Made by a program: the position numbers and the translations under genes
Source: Neophaeotheca triangularis
Taxonomy: Eukaryota
DNA: 64,000 nt
Assembly: GCA_054600435.1 (NCBI GenBank)
Contig: BAAIJX010000010.1
Location: 186,001 to 250,000, forward strand
Reading direction: 5' to 3'
Part shown: positions 13,001 to 25,287 of the stretch, one piece after another
How positions within the stretch are numbered: position 1 is the first letter of the stretch
Layout of the letters: every line of letters starts with the position of its first letter
The notes under the pieces: generated by a model
What the model saw: only the letters and a program-made list of their open reading frames with translations
Told to the model about the DNA's origin: nothing
The model's database searches: none

Positions 13001-16000
13001 ATGCTCAGTTGTATGTTCTCGTCACAGATACGATTGAATTCCTGCGGCGTCTCCGTCTTGTTGTGCAATTTGAGCAAGCCCATGAAAGCCTGGAAGAACA
13101 TGCGCCTGGGCGTGGGGGCGTCGGATACCGCCTTGATAGTAGTGTCGAGGTTCTCCCGAGTCTCGGCATTGTTCCAAGCTTCGTAGTTGCGCCACATCGA
13201 CTCGAGCACCAGATCGTTGATGTTTTCGTGCTTAGCGAAGTCGCCCAGGATGTCCCACTGCTGAAGTTTCTGCGCGCAGAGTACCCACTGATCCTCCCAA
13301 AGCATGTACTCGCCCTGAGAGAATGGCAAGGAGCCAGTACGAGCCTTGATCTGCGCTTGCTCGTACATTTGCTGAGCCTTGTCCCAGACACCATTCTGCT
13401 CATAAGACAGTGCCGCATTTGTTTCGACAAACTGAGCTCTGCGTCGCCACGTTCCGTAGAAAAGATCTTGCTCCTCCAAACCAGCGTAGACCTCCACCAG
13501 AGCGTCGAGATTGCTCTCCCGAACAGTAGCGGTGTCGACCTGAGGTTTGAGCGCAAGATCCTCCATGTACTGCGCGGCCACATACCAAGCATCGTAGCTC
13601 TTGGCGAGATACTTCATAACATGTGGCGGGAACTTGCATACCGGCTTTGCCCTCCCAATACCCTCGAGCAGCGTGGACACACAGTTGGGTCGCTTGTCCA
13701 CCTGGCGCTGGTGGTAGTCCTTAGTGAGCAACGCTACAAGGCCTTGCTCGATATCCTCACGATCATCCCTCAGCAACGTGGACCAACACATCGGGAAATA
13801 AGCGAGCCAGATATCGTGCGCGAGATTCCAGTCCGTGTGCTGAAGATCCGCAAGCGGGACTAGAATGTCCTTGGCCTTGACACTCCCGACTTCCCACATG
13901 AAGTGCTTTTCCTCGGCCATCATAGCCTCGAAAGCGTCGTCGAGCATCACGTCGTTAGCACGCTGGTCCCCGATGTATGTTCCGAAAATCTTGCTCGGTG
14001 CCAGACACTTGAAGTCCTCTGGGTGCAGCCTGATGGTCGGGTTGTGATCAATGGAGCCAAACATCAGCTGAATGATCTGGCTCAACCAATAACTGTCACC
14101 AAGAATGTCCCATTGCTGCTCAGAGATAAGTTTGTACAGCCTCTGCGACGTTGTTCGGCTGAGCGCTTTGTCGAAAATGGCGGTAAAGCGTGCGCGCATC
14201 TCGATGTCTGGACTGCGCAGACCGATGAGGAAGGCATGCTCCATGCGCACCGCCAACTCGGAGCGGAAAATCTTGGGATCCTCGTAGATTCGGATGACTA
14301 GGTTCATGAATTTGGTGTACAGGGTTGGGTCAGTGCGCTGTTCAAACAGAAGCATCTTTTGTAGAACGGCAGTCTTCTCCTTGAGCGTGGGGACTGGCTC
14401 CGTGGGGTTGAAGACCCAGGTTTCGACTTGGCCGAGAATCTTTTCACACAGTTGGTTGTTGTTGGATCGCTCCACGAGCGACGCTAGCACGCTGAGGTAC
14501 GGGCGGCGCTGTTCGCCTAGAGCGCTGATTCGGGCTGAGAGCATGTCGATGACCTTCATGATGAGCACGACAGTCACTTCAGCTTCCAGAGAGTTGACTT
14601 GAGGCACAGGCATGCCCTGCGCCATAGCAGCTTGTGGTGGCATCTGAGCCGCCAGATGATCCTTGGCCAACTTCACTTGGAGGGTCTTCAGCAAGGCCGG
14701 AATATGCGTGTCGATGTCTTCCGGCTTGCGCTGGGAGATGATCCAGAGCACATTGATGCCAGCCGTGTGACTCCCATTGTTGATGACATCGCCAGCCAGC
14801 GTGTTGAGGTAGTTATTGAACTCCTCGGTTGGACTATCCGCGTCCGGCAAGTCATCCTCTGGTCCAGGCAGCGGTATAGCTTCCAGAATACGTTGCAATA
14901 GCGGTGGCAGTGTCGGCACCACATCCTCCGCAAGGTTAGAGTTGTGCAGCGCATCCTGAATTTCAAAGTTGTCGCTGCGTAACGGCTTGCTCAGCAATTT
15001 CTGGAACTGTGGCAGACGAGCGACAATCCATTCATCGCTCTTCGCACTAACAAGCACTCGAAGCACTTGCAGCGTGTTGACCACCCGGGTCCTCCAAATC
15101 TCCTCCTTCTCCTCCTTCTGATCAGACATGAGAATCTGCTCCGTTACCTTGGGAAACATGGCGTCCACATCTACATCGTCCCAGTAAGGTGGCGAGAGCA
15201 ATTTGTGCAACAAGTCCAATGACTTGGTAACTGTCTCGGTCGGCGGCGGTTGGGTTTGAGTGTGCACCGAATTGTTGTTATCTTTGGCTCTCGGTGGGCT
15301 CACAGGGAAGCGCTCCGGCAGCGTGGCGATGAACTGCACCATGTATTTAACCAACATCAGCCTCATCGAAGGCTGAGCAACAGCGCCCTTCTTCTCCACC
15401 ACGCCTTCGTTCGCGCCGTCAGCAGCAGGTGAGCCAGTACCGTTGAGGCTGCCCTGCTCCCTCACGGTTCGCTCCTCCCAGTGCCACATGGTAGTAAACA
15501 AATTCAAAGCCAGCCTTCTAGCCTCGGCCGAGGGGTTCGGCAGCTGTGCGACCTTGTTGACACTCGGAATAATCATTTGAGCAAATGGCTCGCGTGCTTC
15601 GTAAAAGATATCTGGGTGCTTAACCACGAAATGGTAGATGCTCGTCAGCTGCTGCACATTTCCGACCTCCTCGCTCAGAATCTTGCGCGGGAGACGCGCC
15701 CACACCGACTGCCGGCCGTCCGGACCTCCTAGACGCTTTTTCAAGACTGGCTCGAGGATCTCGAGAGATTGCACGACTAGGTTCCGGCCTTCGTTCTGGT
15801 GGGCACGAAGAAGAGCGCCGTACACTTGCATTGCGATCTTTGACGGTGTATCGTAGTGATTGATAAAGTAGGCGATAAGTACGTAGGCGGCGTACTTGTT
15901 GATGATGTCGTCAAGACGAATGTAGTTCCAGCCGAATTTAATGATGTCCTTTCGTGCGTCTTGGAGCATGCTGTGGTGGTATTTGAGCAAGAACGCAGTG

Positions 16001-19000
16001 GTCTGCAGCAGCTCCATGCGCGAGTGGTCGATACCTTGCGTGCTGTCGTCGGAGATATCTGTAATTGACTGTGGGCTCCAGAGACGTTCGTGAATAGCCT
16101 TTGTCAATGCGCCGTTCATCAAGGCAGTGCCCTTGTTGGATTCAAACACCTCATTCCAGTTGATCATCACGTCGTTGGCGAGGATTGGGTTGAGAACGTT
16201 GTGGAAAGCGAACCACTTCAGTTTCTGCGAGGTCTGTTTGCCAGTGTAAATGTCGATGCACCGCATAACCACTGAGCGCTGGTACTCGACCGAATTGTTC
16301 GTGATTACGTGAGTGTAGAGATAGGAGAAGAGCGAAGGACAAGCGTGCAATTCGCCAGTCGTGCAAGCCCCTAGAATCTCGAAAAGGCAGTCTAAATCGT
16401 CCTGGTGTGATTCCAGATAATAGGTCATGATGTCCATGATTTGTTCGGCACCTTGCACAGCAGCAAGACGGAGGTGACCATCCAGTTGACCGTGCTGTTG
16501 GGCGAGCTGCAGCTGCTTGGCAGCAGCCATGAGTTCGCTGCGTACGTTTGCCCGTTCCATCAGCTCCTTGCCCACGGCAGGATAGAGGCAAATAGCATCG
16601 GCTATGCCAATCACATTGACAGCTGCTTGCAACTTTGCACCAGTTTCCAGCTCCTGCACCCTTCGAAGGTACTCGTCAAATTGCTTCGTGACCGTCTCCC
16701 TCAATGTGCTGCTGCCCTCATCGCGCAGGATTTGCGCGAAGAAGCGACCCTTGTGTTCGTCGGCCAAAGCGTCCTTGAAGTACGCCAACGACTCCGTGGG
16801 ATAGTGATCCAGGTACCTAATCAGAGGCTCCCGGAACGGACTGCTTCTCGTTCTTCTCAGCGCCATCTCGAGTTTCAGAACTCTGTCCACAAGGTCAGGC
16901 AAAAATTGCACAGCCGCCGGTGGCAGCAAATGGAAGACAGCAAAAATCGCAGTCACGACCTTCATCTTGGGCTGGGCTTCAACGAGCGCAAAGGAGACCT
17001 TTTGCAGGGTCTGTGGATCCGCAATTTGCCTCATGTGGTCTAGCAATCGCGTGCCTATTTCCACCTTGAAGTAGTTCGTCAACAGCTGGAGCAGAGTACG
17101 TAGACCCTCGAGACCCTCAACGCTGAGCTTCCTCGGGTCCTGCACGTTCATGAGTATTGGACGGAGGCCATTCTGCAGAAGGTCTTTCGGCAGCTTTTGC
17201 GTGGCAGCGAGAACGATCTTGAGACCAGCATTAGCAGCACCAGCGACATCAGGATTTTTCGAGTAGAGGGATTTGAAGAAGATGGCGATGATGCGGGAGC
17301 GGTGATTGGTCTGCTGCTGGGTGTTAAAGCCAGGAAACCGTATCGCAGTTGTGAGCAAGCGGAGACAAGCCACCCGGAGGTTGACGATAGCTTCTGCGTT
17401 GCGGTGCTCGTTGGGCTTCGCGGCGAGGCTGTCATCGTCGGCATCTACCAATGCAAGTGTCTCGTAAAGGAGACGATTAAGCACTTCATCGAAGGTGAGC
17501 ACATCATTTTCCATGTCGAGGCAGAAGTTGATGGCATCGATGTAGCCTATCTGAGCTGCAAAAGGCAGGGCACGAAGCGGCTTGTTGAAGATGGGCGCCA
17601 ACAAGAGATCCTTGACTGGCTTGACCACCTCATGGATTTTGACATTGATAGACTCGGCAAGTGTGCGCAGTGCGTTTTGTGCGGCCTCGCGAACATGGCG
17701 ATTCATGTGTGAAACCTCACCAATCAGCCGGTTGCATAGTAGATACAGCTTGCTCTGCTTGTCGTCGAGCTCCTCAGCCTTGGCATTGGCGCCGAAGCGT
17801 TTGATGAGCGCCTGCAACGTGTCCTTGGACTGGATCCTGATATCGGCCGGCAGATCTTGCGGCATGTCTTTGATCACGTAGAGCAGCGCACGCACTATGT
17901 CCAACTGCCTCTCAATAAGCCATTCGTCACTGAACTTGAGTTTGGTGACCAGCATGCTAATTCCAGAGGTGCCTCCAGATTTGACGAACCACTCTGCCTC
18001 GTAGCAAGCGTGTATTAGGGTTTGCGCGAGTTTGCTGAAGAATGGCAAATGTTCAACTTTATCCTCAGAGCCGAAGATGGTGGCAGCGATAGTGCGGCAA
18101 CTCTCCATTGCGTTCGCTGCCGTCTCTCGCACAACGGCATGGTCCGAAGCAAGAGAATATGCAATAGCGTCCGTGAGAACGCTTGTATCGATGTAAACCG
18201 GACCTTCGCCCATGCGAACGTCGAAGTTGCGGCGCTCATGCTTTTCGCGGCCCAAGGCGCTGCCCAATTCGACGAGCATGAAATGTCGGTAGACACCTTG
18301 CAAAAACGCAGAAGCTTCGTCGGCCAGACATGGTACGCTTGTCGCAAACATGCAGGCTTTGAGGAGCTTCATCAACTTCTCTTGCTGAGCATCCCGTTTG
18401 ACTCCAGACTTGTCGCGCTCAGAGACAGCCATCCAGTCCGACCCGAAGGAGAACTTTTGCTCATGGAGATCATTGGCTTGCAGACGCACCAGTCGAGCGA
18501 GATCGTCGGGGATGTTATCCGGACCGATGAGAAGCTTCGCGTGCGATAAGATGAGTTTGAAGGCTTGCTTCTTGTGGAACTCATCGCTCTTCTTCGCGGC
18601 CGGCTGCTTAGGTATGTCACGCAGCTTGTCGACTGCAGTGTCAATACCCAAGCGAGCTGGCATGGCGCGCTCGCCAATGGATCCGATCAAACGAATATCG
18701 AAGCTTGCTTCGTCATCGGCGTAAGGCTTGTACTCAAGTTCGGGAGGTCCGCTCATGAACTTCCTGTTCCTGCCACCAAGTTTGCCAAGGATGCGCATGG
18801 TAGTGTGGGCGTGGAAGTGGCTGTAGGGATTGGGCTTCAGGTGGTCCCAGAGTGCAGACATCAGCTCGTCGATGACGGGAGCCATGATCGGGTCCAGGTA
18901 GTCTGCTGTCAGGTTGTCGACGCAGAGTTCAAGGGTACGGAGACCTTGCGCGATAAGCTCGGATCCTGCCCTTAGCGCGACCACCAGAGGGCGCATGAGG

Positions 19001-21526
19001 TAGCTGAGATGTGGCAAAAGGTGACTCAGTCGAGCTGGAACGGTGAGGGACAGCTCGACAAACAGATCTCGCTGTTCTGGTTTCTGCGCCGAGATCAGGA
19101 GGTTGTTCAAGACTTCAAGCAACATTTCCAGCAGTGGCAAGATCTCTTTGTACAAGTGCTCGAATCTACCACCCCCGATACTCCTGAACAGTGATCTTAG
19201 CAGCAGGAAGTAATTGGTCGAATCCTCGGCCGTGATTGAGAGCTCGATGGATTTGGTGATGAGCCTGGTGACGTGCGGCAGTAAGACCTGCTCGTTCTGG
19301 GCGCTAAACAGCGTGACAGCCATGAAGCTGAGCTTGAAGAGCCGAAGCAGAATTGAAGACTTCATAGCATCGGCAGTGCCGACTTCTTCGATCTTGTTCA
19401 TCAGGAATTGCAGCAGCATACCCGCAAAAGCAGGAGAGGTCGCTTCGCTAGCCAGAAGAAACTGTGGTATGTGTAAGAGCGCAGCGTGCTTGAAGCTCTG
19501 CTCATAAAGAAATGGTATCTCCGACTGGAACACTTCGTGAAACGTTGCTGGGTCGAGATGGTGAAAGATCTGTGCGAACGTCTCAAGAAGATCCTTCTCC
19601 TCCTTGCCGCTAGATGCCATGTGCTGGCTTGACAGGAGCTCAGGCGTAGCCTGCGTATCGGGCTTCTCAAGACTGTAGTACTTGAAGACCTGAGCACCCT
19701 CGCGGAAGAGCTTGATGAGAACGTTGACCTCTTCGGCTGTGAAGCCAATTGAAAGGTCTTGCCAATTAAGCGGGACGTTTGCAGGGTCCATCTCCTCTTT
19801 GACGGCGGGAGAATTGGAATTCTTCAACTGGTAGAAGAAGGTTTTGAGGCCATGCAACAGGTTCTTAAACAAGAATTTGTTCTCAGTGACAGGATCCGTT
19901 GCGCGATCGCGAGGGTTCATGCTCTTGATGGGCGTCGCAGAGAAGATGTCGGTCTCATCCCAGTTCGGGGGCTGCTCCTTATCGGCCAGGAAATTTTCAG
20001 GAATAGCATCCACTGAGATGTTCTGCTGTTGTTGCGACAACTTAACAGCGTTGGGGTATTGTCGATTCATCGCAGCAAACTTGTCGGCAATACCGTTGAG
20101 GACAAGCATCATGTAATGACGCGCATCCTGCTTGTTTTCCACCTTCGACATGCATTCGGCCATGTTCAACAGCAGCTTCGCACTCATAGTTTGATAGCTC
20201 GTGCCAGGAAATTCGTCGTGAAGATTGCGAATGTACACCACTATAGTTGCTCGTATCTGCTCTGGGGACAGCAGGTCGCGAACGTGGTGTATAAGATCAG
20301 CGAGCATGGTGTAAGCCAGCGGTCTGAGTCCCTCATACGCGGTGAGGCCGTCGCCGACCAGCGTACGCTCGTCAAGCAGCTCGATAATCTTAGGAAGGAA
20401 GATTTGACGAAAATTGAAGTTGATAATGTGTCTGATGGCCACAAGCAGCTCCTTACGCGTTGCAGATTTCTCCCGTGGACAGTCCTGAAGTAGACGCACG
20501 ACGATACCGGGTAACTCTGAGAGAAAATCATTGAGCAGGTTCTGATGCGCTCTAAGCAGATAGGCCAGAAAGCTCATTGTCTTGACTTGGGCTGTTACCA
20601 GCTCCCCAAAAGCCGCCCGATTCTTGATATCCTTTGCGACACCGGTGAAAATCGTACCAGCGGCTTGTGCCTCCTCATGCGCTCGTTGTTGGGGTCCTGC
20701 CTGGAGCTGTAGCGCCATCTTGATCCGAGGCGTGAACTTGGGCACATTCTTGGGCGCAAGGGTTCGATGAGCCTGGAAGATGGACACGACGATAATGGGA
20801 CATTCAGCGACAACCTTGAAAGATTGCATGCCCCTGACAAGCTGCCTGGTTGTAGGCTGCTCGACACCCGGATCTGTGGTAAGCGAAGAGGTGGTGGAAG
20901 CGACAGGTGAGCTGGGCTTGGGCGAACTGTTCTGCGGTGTCCCTTCGGCCGGTGCTGATCCGTTTTGAGGAGCATCGAACGTATCCTTGACCGTTTGTTC
21001 CGCGCCATCGAACAGCTCAAGGATAAGGTCCAGGAAGGGCTGTGCTCGATCCGAGAGGGTCTTTGTGTGAAAGCGTTCGAAGTCCAATATAATCTTCAGG
21101 CACAGCACTGCATTATCCTCGTTTTCCACCCTGACCAGTTCCAAGCACTTGTCTACGATGGCGAGCGCGTGGGGTTCGGTAGCCTCACCATTGTTCATGG
21201 GCAAACGATGGAGGATCTCGAGCACATTATTCCGGACCCTTTGTTCGGGGGAAGTACTGACGAATACGGGGGGTCCACTGAGGAGATTCAGGAAGATGGG
21301 AACGAACTTGTTGGTGAACTGGGCGTAGAGGGCGCCTTGGGAGAAATGTTCGATGCCATCGCGGACTTCGGTGAGGACTGTAGCCTTGGACTTCGCGTCT
21401 GCGCGAGTAGAGTATTAGTTTCAGTTCTCATATTCGCGGTTCGCTCATGATGTGCCAAAAGGTGTGCTTACCAAGGCTCTGGTCCGACAGCTTGGCCTCG
21501 TAGGCCTCTAGACTTCGCTCTGCCAT
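10021..21526 (-). CDS. TRA1: Transcription-associated protein 1 (TRRAP; PIKK pseudokinase of SAGA/NuA4); exons 21526-21472, 21398-10021
   Basis: ~3800 aa HEAT/FAT/PI3K-like/FATC protein; [34 protein letters not shown], C-terminal LAQTDLLWMPWL; first exon MAERSLEAYEAKLSDQSL, intron GTAAGC...CTAAT...CAG at 21471-21399. Confidence 0.97.
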
Positions 21527-22421
21527 GGCGCGATGGCCCTCTTCATGCGCCGGTGTGGTTCTCTGGTCGACCAGACCTTAAACCATGTTTTGTCCGAAGG
21601 CGGGAGGGGACGAAGCTGCCACGACGGAGAGCAGAAAGATGGTGGAGCGCGAGCGGGCGGGCTCAGTATGGTGGGATATGTAGCAAGGCTGAGGGATCGT
21701 CGAGAGTCGTGAAGCCAAGTCGTATGCTCGAGCAGTCGCGCCTGCCAATCGCGAAGTGAGAAACTGCTGTTGCTGTTGCTGTTGCTGCCTGGGAGGAGAG
21801 TGTTGTGATTGCGCAATAATAGCAGCACGGACAGTCAAGGCGTCTGCTATTCGGTGTCGTCAATGGGGGGAAGCCTGGTAAGGTAGAGTGAAGGGGTCGG
21901 TATTACAGTAGGTTACAGTACGAGCAGAGACGTCGGATCTCTACAAAACGCTGCGAGCTTGAGAGCTGGCGATTGATTCAACCCCGACAAACCAAAGTGG
22001 TTAAGCGTGCATGGTTCGGCCCGCTAGTGCCCGTCTGACGGCTCCAGTCCGAGTCCACCTAGCCGGACTTGCCGGAGTAGTCACTCCACTCCACCTTGGC
22101 AACTTCCGTCGTCACCAACACCACATCAGCTACCATCTACCTGTATACCTACAGTACCTTAGGGAGGTATATATAGAGGACGACCTTACAACCCAACTTC
22201 AACTTTTTCCTCGCAAACGACTTCAGTACCCAGATAGTTGTCTAACTCTCTTCATCTGTGTCATATATCTTAATTGGCGGGCTCTTCCAAGTTCCATCGG
22301 CAGGCGCTGGGATTCGTGTCATCCGCAACAAGAGGTAGGCGTAAGAGACAGGGAGCGCACAAGGTAGGTTAATTGGTGCCCTCAATGGGCACCGGTAAAG
22401 CCACTAACCAAATCAGTTGCC

Positions 22422-24749
22422 ATGATGACTTCTGAAGGCTACCCTCGTCCCGACTTTGAACGGACCGAATTATGCTGGCAGTCACTGGATGGGGGATGGG
22501 ACTTTGTATTCGACGATGATGATCAGCTTCTGAGCGTCTTCGAGAACGGTCGTGGCGGTCCAGAAGCTCTTCGCCAGGCCAAGTCCACAACTATCAAAGT
22601 ACCTTATGTTTTCCAGACACAGGCCTCCACCATCAACCAACAAGGTCGGCACGAGGTTCTGTGGTATTCGAGAAGCTTTCAGGACCTGCGAACGCCTGCG
22701 AACAGACATGATGACAAACGTATGCTCCTACGTTTCGGAGCCGTGGACTATGAAGCCATGGTCTGGATTGATGGTCAACTCGTTGGATCCCACCGCGGCG
22801 GTCATGTCCCTTTCGACGTCGACGTCACTGGGGCGTTGCAAGCAACGGATCCTGCGCATCAGTACTCGATCATTGTTAGAGTCTTTGATTCCGCTGACGA
22901 CTTGACACAACCTCGAGGTAAGCAATACTGGGGACCTCAGCCTGAAAGCATCTTCTACCACCCATCGAGCGGTATTTGGCAGCCAGTGTGGCTTGAGCTC
23001 GTTCCTCGAACAAGGATCTGCAATAGCTCAGATGGTACTGTACTTCGATCAGACGATATCGAAGGAGGTGAGCTGCACGGTATCTTCTCCACTACTGGAA
23101 GGCAAATTGGTCAGAAATACGAGGTCGAGCTTGAAGTTGGCTTTCAAGGCACGGTGATCAGCCACACGACCCGCCAAGAGCTGCCAAATACAAAGCGCGT
23201 CCGGGTAGATGCCAATATGCGATTAGATCCCGAGCACTTTGATACGTTGCCTGCAAACGCTACTGAGTCTGCGCCAGTGGATGATAGTCGTTGTTGGCTG
23301 AATGGTGTAGCTCTTTGGTCGCCTGAGCACCCGCAACTCTACAGCCTCACCATGAGACTGTACAACAAAGAAGAGCTGATAGACGAAGTCAAGACAACAA
23401 TTGGAATGCGCTCTATAACCTGGGACCACGGCGACGGCTCGTTCCGCTTGAACGGTCATCCACAATTCCAAGCTCTGCTTCTTGACCAAGGCTACTGGCC
23501 CAAGACACAGATGACACCACCTTCCTCGAACGCGCTCCGCGAAGACATTCTGCTATCCAAAGCGATGGGCTTCAACGGCTGCCGCAAACACCAAAAAGTC
23601 GAAGACCCACGCTTCATGTACTGGGCCGATCAGCTCGGCTTCCTAGTCTGGGGCGAAATGGCCAGCACCTACCGCTTCAGCCAGGAAATGGTCTCGCGTT
23701 TCGACGAAGAGTGGACAGCAATGGTGAAACGCGACATCAACCACCCCTGCATCGTCGCGTGGACTCTCGCGAACGAAAGCTGGGGCTACGACGACCTGGC
23801 ATCCAACGAACAGCACCGCAACCACCTCCGCTCCCTCTACTACGCCACCAAGACCCTCGACCCCTCCAGACCCATCAACGACAACTGCGGCTGGCAGCAC
23901 GTCATCACCGACCTCAGCACTTTCCACGACTACGCCGACGCGCCTGGGATGCGCGAGCGCTGCGAAACCGAGACCTCAATCCTCAACGGCGGCAGAGGCA
24001 TGTTCCTCCCGTCTATCGCCGACCGCGACCCAGGCAGCCGCCACAACCCCCACGCCCCCATCATCTGCAGCGAATTCGGCGGTATCAACATCGCCGCGGC
24101 CGGCGGGGGAGATACCGAGCACGAGCGCGGCTGGGGCTACACGACGGCCAAAGACGGCGACGACCTCGTCCAGCGTCTCGAAGCTCTGTGCATGGCGGTC
24201 GTGGAAGAGGGCCACTGCTGCGGTTTCGTGTACACGCAGCTTACGGACATCGAGCAAGAGACCAATGGGTTGTACACGTTCGACCGGAAAGCGAAACTCG
24301 ATGCCGGCAAAGTGAAAGCGGTCGTCGAGAAGGCTGCGCAGACTTATCTCACTATGCGGGAGCGGAAACACGGGGTGAATCGGGTGCAAAGGGGGTTTAG
24401 AGCCCCTCTGAGCAGCGCGTACGTCAGGGCTCTGAGGCTCGAGCAGGGCAGGTGGCTGGTTGCAGAGTGTGCTACCGCCGGTACGCAGGGGCTTTGGCAG
24501 CGGTCGAAACTGGACCTTGACGACTGTTTGGCGAATAGTTGGGGACGGTTGGCGTGGGCGAAGGGCGGGAACTTCTGTGCTAGTTCGAGGGACGTGAGGC
24601 TTGAAGATGCTTCCGGAGTGGTTTTGCGGGCTGAGGTTGGGACTGGGGGGGAGGCTGAGGCTGGGACGGGCGGTGGCGGGTGGCGGATGGATTGGGTCAA
24701 GCTGGGGGAGAGGATTTGGAATCAGGGGGGAAAGCTAGTGTTTCGTTAA
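22422..24749 (+). CDS. Glycoside hydrolase family 2 protein with C-terminal CVNH (cyanovirin-N homolog) domain; intronless, no obvious signal peptide
   Basis: YPRPDFER, LRFGAVDYEA, GKQ...SGIWQPVWLE, LDQGYWP, RKHQKVEDPRF, acid/base NESWG, nucleophile SEFGG, YTQLTDIEQETNGL; last ~120 aa follow the CVNH pattern (LDLDDCLANSWGRLAW...GNFCASSRDVRL...LGERIWNQGGKLVF). Confidence 0.9.
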   Translation: MMTSEGYPRPDFERTELCWQSLDGGWDFVFDDDDQLLSVFENGRGGPEALRQAKSTTIKVPYVFQTQASTINQQGRHEVLWYSRSFQDLRTPANRHDDKRMLLRFGAVDYEAMVWIDGQLVGSHRGGHVPFDVDVTGALQATDPAHQYSIIVRVFDSADDLTQPRGKQYWGPQPESIFYHPSSGIWQPVWLELVPRTRICNSSDGTVLRSDDIEGGELHGIFSTTGRQIGQKYEVELEVGFQGTVISHTTRQELPNTKRVRVDANMRLDPEHFDTLPANATESAPVDDSRCWLNGVALWSPEHPQLYSLTMRLYNKEELIDEVKTTIGMRSITWDHGDGSFRLNGHPQFQALLLDQGYWPKTQMTPPSSNALREDILLSKAMGFNGCRKHQKVEDPRFMYWADQLGFLVWGEMASTYRFSQEMVSRFDEEWTAMVKRDINHPCIVAWTLANESWGYDDLASNEQHRNHLRSLYYATKTLDPSRPINDNCGWQHVITDLSTFHDYADAPGMRERCETETSILNGGRGMFLPSIADRDPGSRHNPHAPIICSEFGGINIAAAGGGDTEHERGWGYTTAKDGDDLVQRLEALCMAVVEEGHCCGFVYTQLTDIEQETNGLYTFDRKAKLDAGKVKAVVEKAAQTYLTMRERKHGVNRVQRGFRAPLSSAYVRALRLEQGRWLVAECATAGTQGLWQRSKLDLDDCLANSWGRLAWAKGGNFCASSRDVRLEDASGVVLRAEVGTGGEAEAGTGGGGWRMDWVKLGERIWNQGGKLVFR

Positions 24750-25287
24750 GTAGGACACCACGAGTGTGCTGTGTTGGGAGCATCCAGACGGACGAGGAGG
24801 ACATTAGAGGGGTCGCTACGGAAACTCGCATGCATCAACGTAGTATTCTGTCAATACCAATCAGCGTTCTCAACCAGAGAACGAGCCACGGTGTCAAGCA
24901 AAAGTCAAATCTCGCTCTAAATTTCGTACAAGCTAGATCGTAACAGCGTGCGCGCCAAACATCGTCACAAAGGCCCAGATAGAGTCATCCTGACATCGTC
25001 CGTTGTGAAGAGTGCATAGGCCCAGATTTCTTCGGTAGAACGCCATTAAACTCCTCGCTCTGAACGCAATCCACTCGGAACCGAAAACAGGCCTCGCAGA
25101 GAACCGCGCCAATTGGGTTTACTCGCGGTGACCAGACGATCGCCAAAACCGTGGAAGAAAAAGAAAGAGCTCCAGCGATCTTATCATCAAGCCGGAGCCG
25201 CGAGTCATCGCCAGGGCTCCATCGTACACACCAACGCCTATCCATCCCACCGCTCGAACTACCCCGCCTCCCTCCCTCCCTTCAAAT

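Noticed and set aside
10136..21450. Many long ORFs antisense to or overlapping TRA1 (e.g. 12508-13863, 451 aa)
   Set aside because: Shadow ORFs produced by codon bias on the opposite strand; no recognisable motifs.
21765..21789. (CAGCAA)-type repeat upstream of TRA1 giving poly-Q/SN/AT ORFs
   Set aside because: Short promoter microsatellite; the ORFs are artefacts of the repeat.
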